From Zygnema circumcarinatum SAG 698-1b (lineage: Eukaryota > Plantae > Zygnematophyceae), in NCBI GenBank assembly GCA_037447605.1, contig CM074813.1:2666001-2730000 (forward strand): a stretch of 64,000 nucleotides of DNA, written 5' to 3'. The number at the start of each line of letters is the position of its first letter. The first letter of the stretch is position 1. Below the pieces are notes generated by a model. That model made no database searches. It was not told where the DNA came from and was given only the letters and a program-made list of their open reading frames with translations. Shown in pieces: positions 10,538 to 23,476 of the stretch. The translations under genes and the position numbers were made by a program.

Positions 10538-13084
10538 AGACCGTGGGCCCGGCCCGTCTCCTCGCAGAGGTAGACATCCCCCATGCGGTGAAACGCGCAC
10601 ACGGCGCCGTTGCACACGTGGCGGCCCGAGGGCACCTCTGGGAGACGCCTGCGGTGCCGCCACGTGGCAATCTCCTGCGCCAGGCTGGACTCCACCACCA
10701 CCACGTCGTCGAAGAGCTGCCCGAAAAGCAAGGGCAGGCGCAAAAAAAAAATTATCGGTAAATCGATCGTTTAATTTACTTATATTTAAGCAAGTTAAGT
10801 AAGTTTCGAAGAAGCATGAGGGACTTTTGGAGTGGGAGGGGAACGGGTGGGGAGAGAGAGGGAGGGGAAGAGGGTAAGGAAGGGGAGGGAGGGGAAGGAG
10901 GAATAAGGGGGATGGGGAGAGGAAAGGGAGGAAGAGCTGCTAACGCATGAATAAGACAAACGCATTATATATGACAGAGTGGGGCGGTGACAGATATCAG
11001 GGGGCATTTTTTTTGTTTTTTTTTTTTTTTGCATTTGTTCTTTAATGTTTCGAGGGTTCCGCAGTTTTGAAGTCTTAAGGAGTTTTAGGATTTCAGAGCT
11101 CATAAGGTTTTTGGGGCCGTCCCGGCTTTTCAAAAAAACACAAACCTCTTTCTAGTAACCCAATGAATCAAAATTTTGACTGCGACTGAGATTGATCCCC
11201 GTTCAACCCACTTCAGTTTCATTCGATTCAGATATCGTTAAGTCCGATGGAATGTGGCAGCAAGAAAAGAAGAGAAACACATTCAGACCTGCTCCGGCCT
11301 TGGTGCTTGACTCCTCTTTGCCGCCTGCATGTGCACAAAATATTCGCGAAATTCTTCCGGAGAATTTCGCACAAATTCCGCCATGTCAGCGCGGTCTCGC
11401 TGAACATTGCACCAAGAGAAGGAAAAAAGGGGGGAAAAGAAGAAAAGAAGAACAAAGAAAAGGACGGGCGAAAAAGATTACTTCAGGTTGTAATGGCGGT
11501 TCTTTGGAATTTTTACAAAGTCGGAATTTTGAAGGAAGAGGATGGATTATTAACGTGGGATTCTGAAGACATTTTTGGAATTTTAGGGAGTTGAGAGGGA
11601 GGGTTGGTCAAGGTCAACGCTTTTGGAATTACATCAAAGTAGAACTGTTTCCATGTGACGCCACGTGGCCGACCTCTCGGAGCTCCCCACCTCAGACAGT
11701 AACTGCCAATAAACAGTTCTCCGCCATGGCTTCAAATGTGGGTTCAACATATCTCTCCCTCCCTCCCTCTCTCTCTCTCTCTCTGTGTTCCTCTCTAGCA
11801 TATGCATTCCTCTTTCTCTGTTTCTGCAAACCAATGGGTCTGCCAATTGCCCCTGCCGTCTCTCGTGCCAATTTCCTTCAGCTCTCTAACTGCACATCTC
11901 TTGCTAGTTTGCATCACTCCTGTTCCTTCTATCTCTTTCATCTCCCACCTTTCTCTATGCTCTCACTCTTTCAACTTTCCCTCCCCCTCCCCGCTTTTCA
12001 ATTTCATATGCAAATTTCAGTTAGATTTATGCCTTAACGTTAAAGTCTTTATCCACCCAGGCAGCTACTTACAGACGCCGCCAAAGATTCTCCTCCCCTG
12101 AAGCGGCTCTTAAAAACTGGCAGGTTTTAGAGCAAGCGGACAGGTCCTGCAAAACAAAATCAACCCTAAAAGTTATAAGAACACATAATTACATACTCTC
12201 TACTGCGTGAGTCCTGAAGGAATGGGCCCTTCTACAAAATATTGGCTAAAAAAAAACCCTAAATATAGCATAGTAATCATTAGAATCTATGGACCCTACA
12301 AAGGGGGGATTGGAGTCTGATCTCAGCGCATACCTCCGGGCAGAGATATTTGAGAATATGTGGAAAAAGCTCCGTTGGGAGTTTTCCAAACGATCCAGAG
12401 AAGATCGGAGAGCGGCTGCTCCTCTTCCCCCCCGAACTCTCTGAAAGCTTCCGACGCAGTCGCCGCGCTTCCGGTGCCTCCTAAAACATTTAAAAAAAGG
12501 GAAATTTAAGGTTTTGTGAAGGTGGGGGAGGAGGGGAGGGGGGGGGGGGGGGGGGGGGNNNNNNNNNNGGGGGGAGTTAATAGGAGAACTCTTGTTCAGG
12601 TCTTTGATTATTGAAAAAAAAAAAAAAAAACAGAAAATGAATTAAGTCGGCTTCAGAGGGTAAGTGCTACACGTACCACCTTCCTGGAAGCTTCCGCAAC
12701 TTTTACTCTATGCTCCCTTTTTGGATCCATGGAGGACATGGCATTAGGGGTTCCCCCATTGTCCCCATCCTCCTTGCCCCCATCTCCCTCGTCCTCCCCT
12801 TGTCCCCCTCCCACTCCCACTCTTTCTCCCGCATTTTCTCTCTCTCTTTCTCCCTCTCGCTCTCTCTTCTCCTCACTCGCTACTTCTCCCCCTTTCTCCC
12901 TCTCCCAGTCTCTCTCTCCCACTCCCATTGCCTCTCCCTCTGCCTCTCCCTCTCCCTCTGCCGCTTCCTCTCCCTCTTCCACTCCCTCGCCCTCCACTTC
13001 GAACGCCGAAAGCTCCGCCTCCAGAAACTCCGCGAGCTCCGTTTCTTCCAGGCTCAGCAAATCGGCGCCCTCCTCCGCACGCAT
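9320..13084 (-). CDS. SKIP31: F-box protein, SKIP31-like (At5g45360 family); exact stop uncertain
   Basis: Exons 13084-12677, 12480-12334, 12146-12073, 11702-11633, 11399-11289, 10716-10542, 10068-9944, 9624-9564, 9384-~9320. Acidic N-terminus [10 protein letters not shown]; F-box [49 protein letters not shown]; [33 protein letters not shown]; [19 protein letters not shown]; [17 protein letters not shown]; [21 protein letters not shown]. Confidence 0.92.
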
Positions 13085-13221
13085 TGCTGCCTAGACCTGA
13101 ACCCTTAACCCTTTCAATACCAGCACACGACACGCGTAAAGAGCTCTGGAAACCCTAAACGAGGCAGGAAGGAAGAAAAACCTGTGAAGGACAACACTCA
13201 AGGAATCCACCCACCCTCTCC

Positions 13222-13277
<56 letters not shown>

Positions 13278-14859
13278 TTTCCCTCCTTCCTTCCCTCCCT
13301 CCTCTTAGGTGGCTGAGGATCACTTCAAGCTCGCAGCCATGGCGGACGTACGGACGAAGCTAGCAGCAACCCTACTCTTCCCCGACGTAGGAAAAAAACC
13401 CTAATCGGCATAGAACCAGTCCTGCAACACGGAACTAGGGCCTGCTGCGACTTTGACTCCGTTTCCATGATTCTGTTCCGCGCATCCACGTCCATGTTTC
13501 TCAGTAGCTGTCACAGTCCTGTTTTTGTTCCAAGCAATATTCACGCATTTAGGGTCGTTTAAATGCCCCTGAACGACCTTTAGGGGCATTATTTGTATCT
13601 GCAAAAGTTCCAGTTACATTCGCAGTTTTAGTTCCAGTTTCAGTCCGTATCACAATTCAGTTCCAGTCACAGAGCCAGTTCCAGTTGCAGTTACAGTTCC
13701 ACTTTTAGCTCTAGTTGCAGTTTCAGTAATGTAACGAGCCCGTTCTCTGGTTTCTGCAAAAAAATCGAATTCCCACCAACTGCTGTGGGAACTTTTCGAG
13801 CCCCACGTGGCATTCTCCAGTTCCGTGTTGCATGCGCGCGGGCGGGCCCCGCCCCCCACCGCTCGATCGATACCGTACGGTACGGCAGCCACCGACCTGG
13901 CAAAAACGACCTGGGATCGACCTATTATCGACCTAGCACCGACCTAGCTCATGCTCATGCAACTCGTTGGGGCGAGGGAGCATGCTCGTTCAGGGCAGCG
14001 TGACGCGCTGTGAGGACTCGGGGGTCCGGGTTTCAAACTCTCACACGTGCATAGAAGGGCGCAGTGTCGTCCTGAACGCAAAAGCGAACATGGAACTCGT
14101 ATTACAGTACAGTATACGGTGCAAGTACTTGTACGGGAATGTCACAAGCGCAAGCAATCTCCGGAGGACATCCCCTTTCGCGACTCGCATGGACCCCGCA
14201 CGAGCCTCGCCACGTGGCCCAATTAGGAGCATGTAGGCTGACTACCGTTCGACTCTGACGTGCCGTACAGTACAAATTCCGTATCGCAAGTTGTCACCTA
14301 GTGGACGAAGGTTGGACTTTTCTCGCGTGGTTTGTCGCCTAGCGCGTAATGAGGGGGTGGGTTTGCCTGGTGCCGTACGGCAGGTAGTACCTAGCTAGAG
14401 TCTAGCTGCTAGACTCGACGGCAGCACCAGGTTTCCAGTTTCTCCCGGAAAACCCGGAGCCCGGGTTTGACACGGAAAGCAGCATACGGTAGGGCATAGC
14501 GCATCGTGTCAGAACATATGCGAATAGTCCGAATCGAACGGTTGAGATGTTAGGAACAAGATGAAAACTCACTCCAAAACAACCTTAAGTACAATGTTTG
14601 AACGCCCTCACTCACTTCGCGGCTGCTTCTAGTGCAGAGTTGTTGAGCATAGAAGTAGATTTCAGTTTACCGGTACAGTATAGGCTTTTCTCGTTGTCCT
14701 TAGGTCCTTCGTGACCGATTCCTTTGATTTCCCATGTTGATTTTGTCCATGTACATTTGATGGCCTTGCCATCGTGAGACCAATGATTTTTTCCCCCTCT
14801 TCTCACTCAAGTTTTGTCTCTCGCAGTTGCAGTGGACAACGTGTGACATCATATGATGT

Positions 14860-15190
14860 TCAGGGACTATCGGGTCGGCAACCATGGGCCAACCATTGGG
14901 TTGACAGCCATTGAGTACCAATGGTTACGACCATTGCCAATGGTTGCTCGATTCGCGGATCGGTGGTTCGCAACCAATCTAATGGCTGACAATCATTGAA
15001 TTCAATGTGGTTGGCTGAGCCACTAGGCAATAGTTGGCAATCACTGAACTCCAATGGTTGGCAACCAATAAAACTCAACCATCCGCAATGGTTGGTAACG
15101 GTTCAGAACCATGCCAATGGTTGGTCAACGCCCCGGAATGACGGTTCCCCACCCACCTGCGCATCCGCCAAACAACCCCAAACACCAATT
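14860..15190. repeat. CAACCA/TGGTTG and CCAAT-rich degenerate repeat array, related to the arrays at 58160-58410 and 60110-60260
   Basis: Repeated caaccattgg / ccaatggttg words in both orientations; 8 CCAAT/ATTGG in about 300 bp. Confidence 0.65.
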
Positions 15191-15666
15191 CGACCTCTAA
15201 AACAATCCAACACCCATTTATGCCCGAACCTTTCCTTCATTTATCCCTATTACCGTACGGACGATCCCCGCGTCCGGATTCCCCGGAGGTGGCAGGCGGA
15301 CCGTCGGATCGGACCGCTCGGGGCGGTCTTTAATGCGGATCTTCCAACACGTGGCAAGCGATGGCGCCGGCGGCCTCCCGGTCTGCCACCTGCCGGCGAG
15401 CTGGCCAGCGGCTGGCAGCCATGGCGGGCGGGCGGGCGGGCGGGCGGGCGGGCGGGCGAAGGGGGGGGGGGCAGTGGGGCGGTGGGAAGAGGTTAGCCAT
15501 GGCTTCCTTCAAGCTGGAGTAGGGGCCGGAATGGCTGCGGTACTCTGCACTCTGTTAGTGCTGGATCAGAGTAGGGATTCGGGTTAGAGTTAGGGTTAGG
15601 ATAGGCTTGGATTAGGGTTAGGGTTACTGGTAGGGTGACGGTTAGGGTTAGGGTTTCGGAGCAGCC

Positions 15667-18600
15667 ATGGCGGACACAATATCGGTCATTTTGGATTACC
15701 TGCAGAAGCACAAGTACAGGAAAGCCGCTGCTGCGTTGCAGGCGGAGCTCTCCCTCCGTTCCAAGCGCAGCCATGGCTCTCCTGTCAGCGTGGCCTCAGG
15801 AGACGCCTCAGACACCGACGTGAACATTTTCCTGCAAATGCAACTTGAAAGGCAGAACTCGTCTCTTTCAGGCGAAAATGAAGACGGCGATGATATGCAG
15901 ATGCATACAGAGGGCGGGGGAGGAAGTTCCCCTGCACCTTCCTCTGCAAGAAATGGACCCCCTATAGTGACCCCTCTGCCTGAGTCTCTTGCTAAGTGGA
16001 CCAACGGAGCTTCATCCATGGCGGCCGTACAAGGTCCGACGGAAGCCATTGCCATGGCTACTGAGAAGGCGGTGTTTCCAGAGGAGTCGGAGCTTCCCAG
16101 GCTGCCACCTGTTCGCTTGCGGTCGGTCGATAAGGATGTCGATACTGGGAGGCACAGTGAAAAGGGAAGTGAAAGCAAAGGAGAAGCTAAGTCGTTATCG
16201 AAAGATGTGGGAGAAAAAGACGAAAGTGTTGGGGAGGAGAGTCTGGATGCAGGAAAAGGGAGCGGCATTGTTACTCTGGGACCAGTCGTGATAGGTCCTG
16301 CATACACGCAGACAGTGAGTGCAGAAGGTATTGGAAATAGGAGGGTGAGAGGGTCTGTGAGTGAGGGAATTGTTGGAGTGGAGGATGCAGGTTTGGAACG
16401 AGGGGGGGGTGGGGAGGAGGGAGAGGGAGTGGGAGAGGAGGTAGGAGGGAGAGGAGGCGGGGAATTTGCGGGAGAGTATGTGGAAAATGAGTGGGATTCG
16501 GATGCGTATGAAGATGACGAAGATGTGGGGTACATTCGGCAGCCCATAGAAGATGAAGACTGGTTTTTGACGAATGAGATTGACTATCCGAGCGATGACG
16601 AGAGGGCGCGGCCCAATCGGCAGGTGACAGGTGGCGACATGGAGGAACGCCTGGTGGCGAAAGCGGATTCGGCACCGAGTCTGACGAGTGTGGAGGAGGA
16701 GGTGTACTTTTCAGGGGAGGAGTATTACCAGGATCAGGGACAGAGGAGAAGGGCGGGGAATGCAGAGGCAGGAGAGGGGGAGAGAGAGAGAGAGGGAGAG
16801 AGAGAGGGAGAGGGGGAGGGAGACGGAGTGCACACCAAGGAGAGGAGGAGAAGGGCGCAGGGGGGCTCGGCTTGGGAGGGTCTGCTGGCACAGGTGAATC
16901 AGCATCGAAAGAGTAAGGAGGGGGAGGGAGATGGAGATGGAGACGGAGAGGTAGAGGGGGAGGTGGAGGGGGAGGGAGATGGCGAAGGAGAGGACGAGGA
17001 TGATCAGCTCTTCGACGGAGCAAGGTCGATTGGAACACGTTCTGTCGGAATTCCAGCTAGTGATATAGTGGAAGCTGGGAGTTCTATACGGGAATCTGTT
17101 CTTGGTGGAGATAGTGAAGGAGATGGCGACAGTAGTAAAGGTGGTGGAGAGCCACCTGAAAGGTCAACTTTGCCGAACTTTTCCGGTAAGGAGGGGGAGG
17201 AAGACGGGGAAGGAGAGGGAGAGGGAGAGGGAGATGGTGAGTACGCGGTGAACACCAGAAGAGGAGCGAGTCGTAAAGTAGGAGAGACACGTCCAGAGGG
17301 GAGGAGGGGACGATATTACAGAGAGGAGGGAGAGAATGGAGATACGGAGGTACGGAGCAGGAACGGAGAAACAGGAGGGAGTGGATTAGGGTTTGGTGGA
17401 TTCGGCGGGTTCTCGTTCCCCTCTCCCTCGTCTGCAGATGCTCTCTCTCGCATGGATTCTGGCCGTTCTATGTGGTCAGTCGGGGAACACATGCCGGAAA
17501 GAATGCAGAATGAGGATGGAGATGATTTGGGAAGTAGTGTTGTGAGTGGGCCTGACGATACTTTGGCTTCTTGGAAGCGGAAAAGTGGAGGCTCGTCCCC
17601 CATATTAAGCCCAAGGGAGGTGTCAGAGCAGGATGTGGAGTATGTAGACGATGGTGGAAGCTTCTGTGGAGAAGGAGAGGGTGAGGAATGGGTAGGACAG
17701 AGGCTGAAGGAGGCGGAGAGGGAAGTGGAGAAGCTGGTAAAGGAGGGTGAGAGAGAGCGGGACAGCGGGGTAGGACTGGGAGGGAAGAGGGAGAGCTCGG
17801 GGGATTCAGAGGGTGTGGAGGCCGAAGGTGGAGGGAGCGATATAGGGAGTGTGGGAAAAAAGGTGGAGACAGCCCAGGCAGCAGTGCCTGGAGATGTATT
17901 GGCGCTAGGAGAGGCGGTCGAGTTTGGGCTGAGTTTAGAAGGGAGGGAAGAGACAGAAAGAGTGGGGCAGGAGGGAGAGGAGCTACCTGAAGGGGCTACT
18001 GCCAAGGTGGAGGAGAGAGAGCGAGTTGGCGGAGAGGCTAAGAAAACCTCAGCTTCAGGCAAACATAAGGCAGAGAAGGGAGAGAAGGGAGAGAAAGAAG
18101 ATAAGAGAGGGAGTATAGTGCAAGAACGACCCCGGCACAGGCCGAGGCACGATGATGACGAGTTTGAAACTTTCAACTTGAAAGTAGTACACAGAAAGAA
18201 TAGGTAAGGAAAGTTCAAGGTTGGATGCGTTGGGGCGTTTAAAGAAACAACGTGCGTTGTATTGGATTTCGATTGGCTTGCTGGAGTTGCAGGCGTCGTG
18301 GATGTTTTTGTTTCCGACCTACGTTTGATTTCTACTTTTTTAAGAAACTTGTTAATGAGAATAGAGTAAAGAGTAGCAAAAAAAACTGCTTTGTGCAAGG
18401 TCTCATCATGGAAGATGAGAGGCAGAAGATGAGACCTAGCATGTTGCCTCTGCCCCTCCATTGGATTGAAGTTCCAAACTTCCCTACAGCTGTCACCATG
18501 CTAAATTAGGTTCTACTGTCCCTGCGACTTTGAAATACCTAATATGTGTCTTTAGGGTCAGTAACGGTCTGTCATGAACGTTGGATAAGGGGCGTGTTCA

Positions 18601-21600
18601 GTAGGGTCATCTATAATAGCAAACTTGTCTTTACTCTTGGGATGGAATTGAGTCGACGGTTCTTCAGAGGTCTAGTTGAAGAGGGAAGGGGATAGAGAGG
18701 ACGGAACAGTGGTATAGCGAGTCAGAGCAAGGAGGAAGCGAATGGGGACGACGAGCAGAAGGAAGACAAAGTGGATGTTTGAGGGGGAGGAGAAGGCAGG
18801 GAGTGAGTGCGGAAAAAGGGGAAATGACCTAGAGGGAAGAGGAGGAAACGATACGGGAGACAGTCACTGACAATAAATGTGTGAGAGGGGGGGAAGGTTG
18901 GGGGGGGTGTGGGGTTAGAAAGAGAGGGAGATTCTCAGAGTTTTTAGAGTTCTGAGGACTCTAAGCATGAGCAGAGACTCCGTATTCCATGCAATCGTTT
19001 GATTGGTTAACGAATTCTGTTCGATTCTATGTGTTATTTGGCCTCCCGCAGGACCGGGTTTGAAGAGGAGAAGGACTTCCCCGTGGTCATCAACTCGCTG
19101 ATTGCGGGACGGTACCATGTTACGGAGTATCTTGGATCGGCCGCCTTTAGCAAGGCCATTCAGGCACATGACTTGCAGACAGGGATGGATGTGTGCATGA
19201 AGATAATAAAGAACAATAAGGACTTCTTTGACCAGAGCCTGGATGAGGTGAAGCTGCTCAAGTACATCAACAAGCACGATCCCGAGGACAAGCATCATAT
19301 TTTGCGGCTCTATGACTACTTCTACCATCGGGTGAGTCGGAGGGTGGGCGAATAGAGTGTCGAGGGAGGGAGGGAGGAAGGAGGGAGGGAGGAGGGAGGG
19401 AGTGTGGAAGGCGGTAGGGAGGGGGGGGGGAGAGTAGGGAGAGCGGAGAGGATGAATGGAGGGTGGAAAGGATGGAGGGGAGTAATGAGGGGGGCGAGGG
19501 AGAGCAGGGTGTAGGGATGTGGAAGGGCCGCTGCCAGGAAGGAGAGAGATGATATAAGAGATGGATGTGGAGAGGGAAAAGGAAGAATGTGTGTGTGAGA
19601 GCGATAAAGAGAAAGCCACGAGAAGACGAGCATGCAGGAAAGTGGATAAGGGAGAGACAAAAAAATGGAGTGAGCGAGAAAAGAATGCCTATGAAAAAAT
19701 CGTGTATAGGAGAATAATGGAGTGCACGAGGAGGGAGTATTGGAGGAGGGCGTGCAATAAATGATGATGAGAAGGCGTACATGGGCAGAGACAAGAGTCG
19801 GGGGGTTGACAGAAAGGGAATGGCCGAGAGAGTGAATTGAGCAACTACTGTCCATCTGAGTGACGGCAGTAGAGGGCTATAGCCCATTCCTTGACATGCT
19901 TTCTCAGGAGCAGAAAATCACATTCAATTTTAGGGTGATGGCGGGATTTCAGGAGCATCTCTTTATCGTATGTGAACTTCTAAGGGCGAACTTATACGAA
20001 TTTCACAAATATAATCGGGAGTCGGGGGGGGAAGTGTACTTCACCATGGCCAGGCTGCAGGTATAGCCTCTTGAATTCCTCCTATCGTTCGTTAGGACCT
20101 TTTTAGGGTTATGAGTGCCTTTGGTTTTTAAGGCTCAAGGTCTCCTTAGGTTATTGTCATTTTGAGTTTTTGCAGTGTTCACGCTCTAGGGGAAGAGAAT
20201 TTTTGGAGTTTCAGGGTTTTGGGGGAATGAGCGAACGTTATTCTTAAACCCTAAACCCGTCTGTAGGGGTATCGGATTCAAATAACTCATCCTATGTTGC
20301 CTGCATATTTGTTATACAAATCCCTTAACCGCTGTTCCATGCGAGGGGCTTTGTACCGTGGCAGTCAATCACGAGGCAATGCTTGGAAGCTCTGAGGTTT
20401 ATGCACTCCCTGCGGTTAATTCACTGCGACTTAAAACCGGAAAATATTTTGGTAAAAAGTTATAGCAGGTGTGAGGTGAAAGTTATCGATTTGGGCAGCA
20501 GCTGCTTTGAAACGGATCACCTCTGCTCCTACGTGCAATCACGGTCCTATCGGGCACCGGAAGTAATTTTGGGGCTGCCCTACGGACAGAAAATCGATAT
20601 CTGGTCACTTGGATGCATCCTCGCAGAACTTTGCTCCGGGCAGGTAAAAATTTCGGATGCACTGTCTGGTTTTTTTTTTGCTTACGGGTTTTGGGACGCC
20701 GGGGTTTATAGAAAGAGAGACAAAGAGAATAGGAGAATTCTACTAAGCAATAGCTCTTTTAACAGATGTAGGGTTTCGGACTCAGAAGGGTCCGGTGAAG
20801 GAGAACATGAAAGCTGTCTCTCTACATCCTGTCTCTCTCCCCTCGTCCTCCCATTTCTCCCTCCCTCTTATCCCAAGTCCTCTCCCTTCTGCGTGAGAAA
20901 ATGTACAGGTGCTCTTCCAAAACGACTCCCTTGCCACTCTGCTAGCCCGAGTGGTAGGCATTTTAGGCCCCATAGACCCCGCTCTATTGGCGCGTGGGAG
21001 GGACACTCACAAGTTCTTCACCAAGAATCACATGCTGTACGAGCGCAATCCGGTAAGCCTCTCTCTCTCTCTCTCTCTCTCAAACTCTTTCGTTCTCTAT
21101 CCCTTCTTACCTCCTCTCTCTCGCTTCCGCATGTCTCTCATCTTCTCCTCGTGCTCCTTCTCGCTGTTTCTCTCTCTTCTCATCCTCCCTCTTGAGCTCA
21201 ACGGCAATCAGTTAGCATCTTGATGTTGCAGAGAAAAGCATCAGACATTCAAAAACGGAAACAAGTGGGGCACAGGGACTTGGCATATTAGGGACTCTTA
21301 TGGAAATTTAGTGGCTTAGTTAACGTAGATTAAACCAAACATTCTCCTGTTGTGGCTTTTCCTGCTAGCCTTCTCCTCCGCTTTGTTAGGGTTCCGAAAG
21401 GTGTGCGTCTTTGTAGGTTTCAACTTCATCATATTTTAGCTTATGTCCTCACAGAACCTTTCCTAACCGTTTTAAGGAGTCTCTCCTAGTGGACGTCCGG
21501 GTTGAACTTCTCCTTAGCAAGTTTTACCCTTATTTCTAATTACGCTGTTTTCAAGTCCGTCTTTTGGGTAATGTCAGCCTTTCCTTTTTCCGGTAATTTG

Positions 21601-21869
21601 AGAAAACCAATTTGGATTCGTAGGGTTCGTCATAACGGTGGGGTGTATGCTGATGTCACTTCTGATGTCATGGAGTGCAGGAATCGGATCAGTTGGAATA
21701 CCTCATTCCAAAGAAAACTTCTTTGAAGCACCGCCTCCCTATGGGAGACTCCGGCTTTATTGACTTTGTTGAGCACCTCCTGCTTGTCTGCCCTGACAAG
21801 AGACCCACTGCAGTCGAAGCCCTAAGTCATCCTTGGCTCTCTCACCCCTACGAGCCAATCACGGCATGA
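15667..21869 (+). CDS. DYRKP: Plant-specific DYRK kinase (DYRKP type) with a long acidic N-terminal region
   Basis: Exons 15667-18203, 19052-19331, 19953-20060, 20365-20643, 20909-21052, 21681-21869. N-terminal [28 protein letters not shown]; [16 protein letters not shown]; [23 protein letters not shown]; [13 protein letters not shown]; [11 protein letters not shown]; [25 protein letters not shown]; EALSHPWLS. Confidence 0.96.
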
Positions 21870-23349
21870 CGAGGATGAGGGTTGATGGGGATGAGGGTGA
21901 TGATGATAATGGGAACGAGATTCCATGTGGGAGGCTCTGTTCCTTTCTTGTTTTATATTGGGTTGAGTCTATTCCGGTGAATAATGCAAAGACGACTCGA
22001 TTCCTTTGAGCTAAGCAGCAGAAAATCTTATTTTTATGGCCTTTTGGGCGCACAGAGTCGTCTCTAATGTGAAAGGTGCTCTCCGACAATGACGAAGCGA
22101 GGTTGTGTTCACACTACGACGCGGTTTTGTACTTTGGATGTACTCTCCTCCTCCTTGAAGGACTGAGGGCTCAGGTCGGGAGAGTGGTAGGGGTAGGGCG
22201 AAAAAGGGGGGGGGGGGGGGGGGNNNNNNNNNNCCCCCCCCCCCCCCCCCCCGCGGGGCTGTTTTCACTTCTAGGCCTAAAGAAAATGTATTCATGGATG
22301 TACTGGTTTTTGCTGCGGACTTTTTGTCGTTTCATTGCCCCGCCCGCGTTTCTATTTAATATTGTTGTATCTGGTTGTTCATGCTTTCAATTTTTCTTCA
22401 TTGTCTTCATTGGAGGGTTTATTTGAGCCCGTATGGCCCTTCGTGCCGAGAGAATGGGTGTCCAGGCGGTGGTGAACAGATGTAACAGATTTGACTGAAA
22501 CTGTCAACAAGCGCTTGACTAAATGGCTTTGTTATAAAGTATTCCTTCCATCTTTCGCTAAAAAACTTGCAATGCAGCGGAGATGGTAGAACTCGAAAAT
22601 TGATGAGGAGCTAACACAATTTTTGAAGGAAACACTGTTCTCAGGTGTCACCCTAATAGCGTCTAGCACGATATGCCTAGTTGGTGATGACTTTATGAAA
22701 ACTGAACTAACGGATAACTTTACTGATAACATTAAGGATGATTACAATGATAACTTTAAGGACAACATGTGCATGTATCTTAAACCACACCTCTTGAAAC
22801 CAAAGCCACTTTGTTTTTCGAAACTTAAATTGTGGTGTTAGGTTTTCAACTCCCCTCATGCAATCACATAACGATAACTAGACTTGTAAGGAAACCTATG
22901 GAGAACAGAACAATGCGAAGGAAAAGAAGTGAATTGCATTGGCATTGGCATGTTGAACCATCAACTGTACAGGGACAAAGCCAAAATGTAGAACCAATGT
23001 GAACCGGCGACAAATCCGACCAAAGAACAAAAATGAGCGAAACTCTGCTCGTCTTTGAAACGACTCCCACGTACAGATGTCATGTCGCACGCCTTCCCGG
23101 TTTTCCCCTGACAGTACGAGTCATGCAATATTTTACTATCGTAAAAGGAATTGTCATTGGTTTCACGCTGGCGATGCTTGGCATGGCTTAACAAAAAGAA
23201 AACCAACGAAGGGAACCACGAGAAGCCGCTCACAAAGGTCACAGAATTCGAAAGCGCCCTCGAAGTCCCCGAACTTGAGTACCCGTCAGTGTGAACACCT
23301 CCCTCGGATTCGTCGTCGTCCGTGTGAACGCGCTCCGGGGTGACGGAAT

Positions 23350-23357
23350 TAGGGTTT
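23350..23357 (-). promoter_or_regulatory. Telo-box (AAACCCTA) upstream of the ribosomal protein gene
   Basis: TAGGGTTT 120 bp upstream of the RPSA ATG. Telo-boxes are typical of plant ribosomal protein promoters, but this word is very common throughout the window. Confidence 0.3.
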
Positions 23358-23476
23358 GCGGCGGCCTTAGGCCTCCGCGCGGCCTCAGTGTGCCCTCTTT
23401 TGCGCTGCCGCTAAGCACGCAGCCGCCGCCGCGCCTAAGGGTTTAAGGGCCTTGCGGAGGGTTCAGGGCCGCAGCC

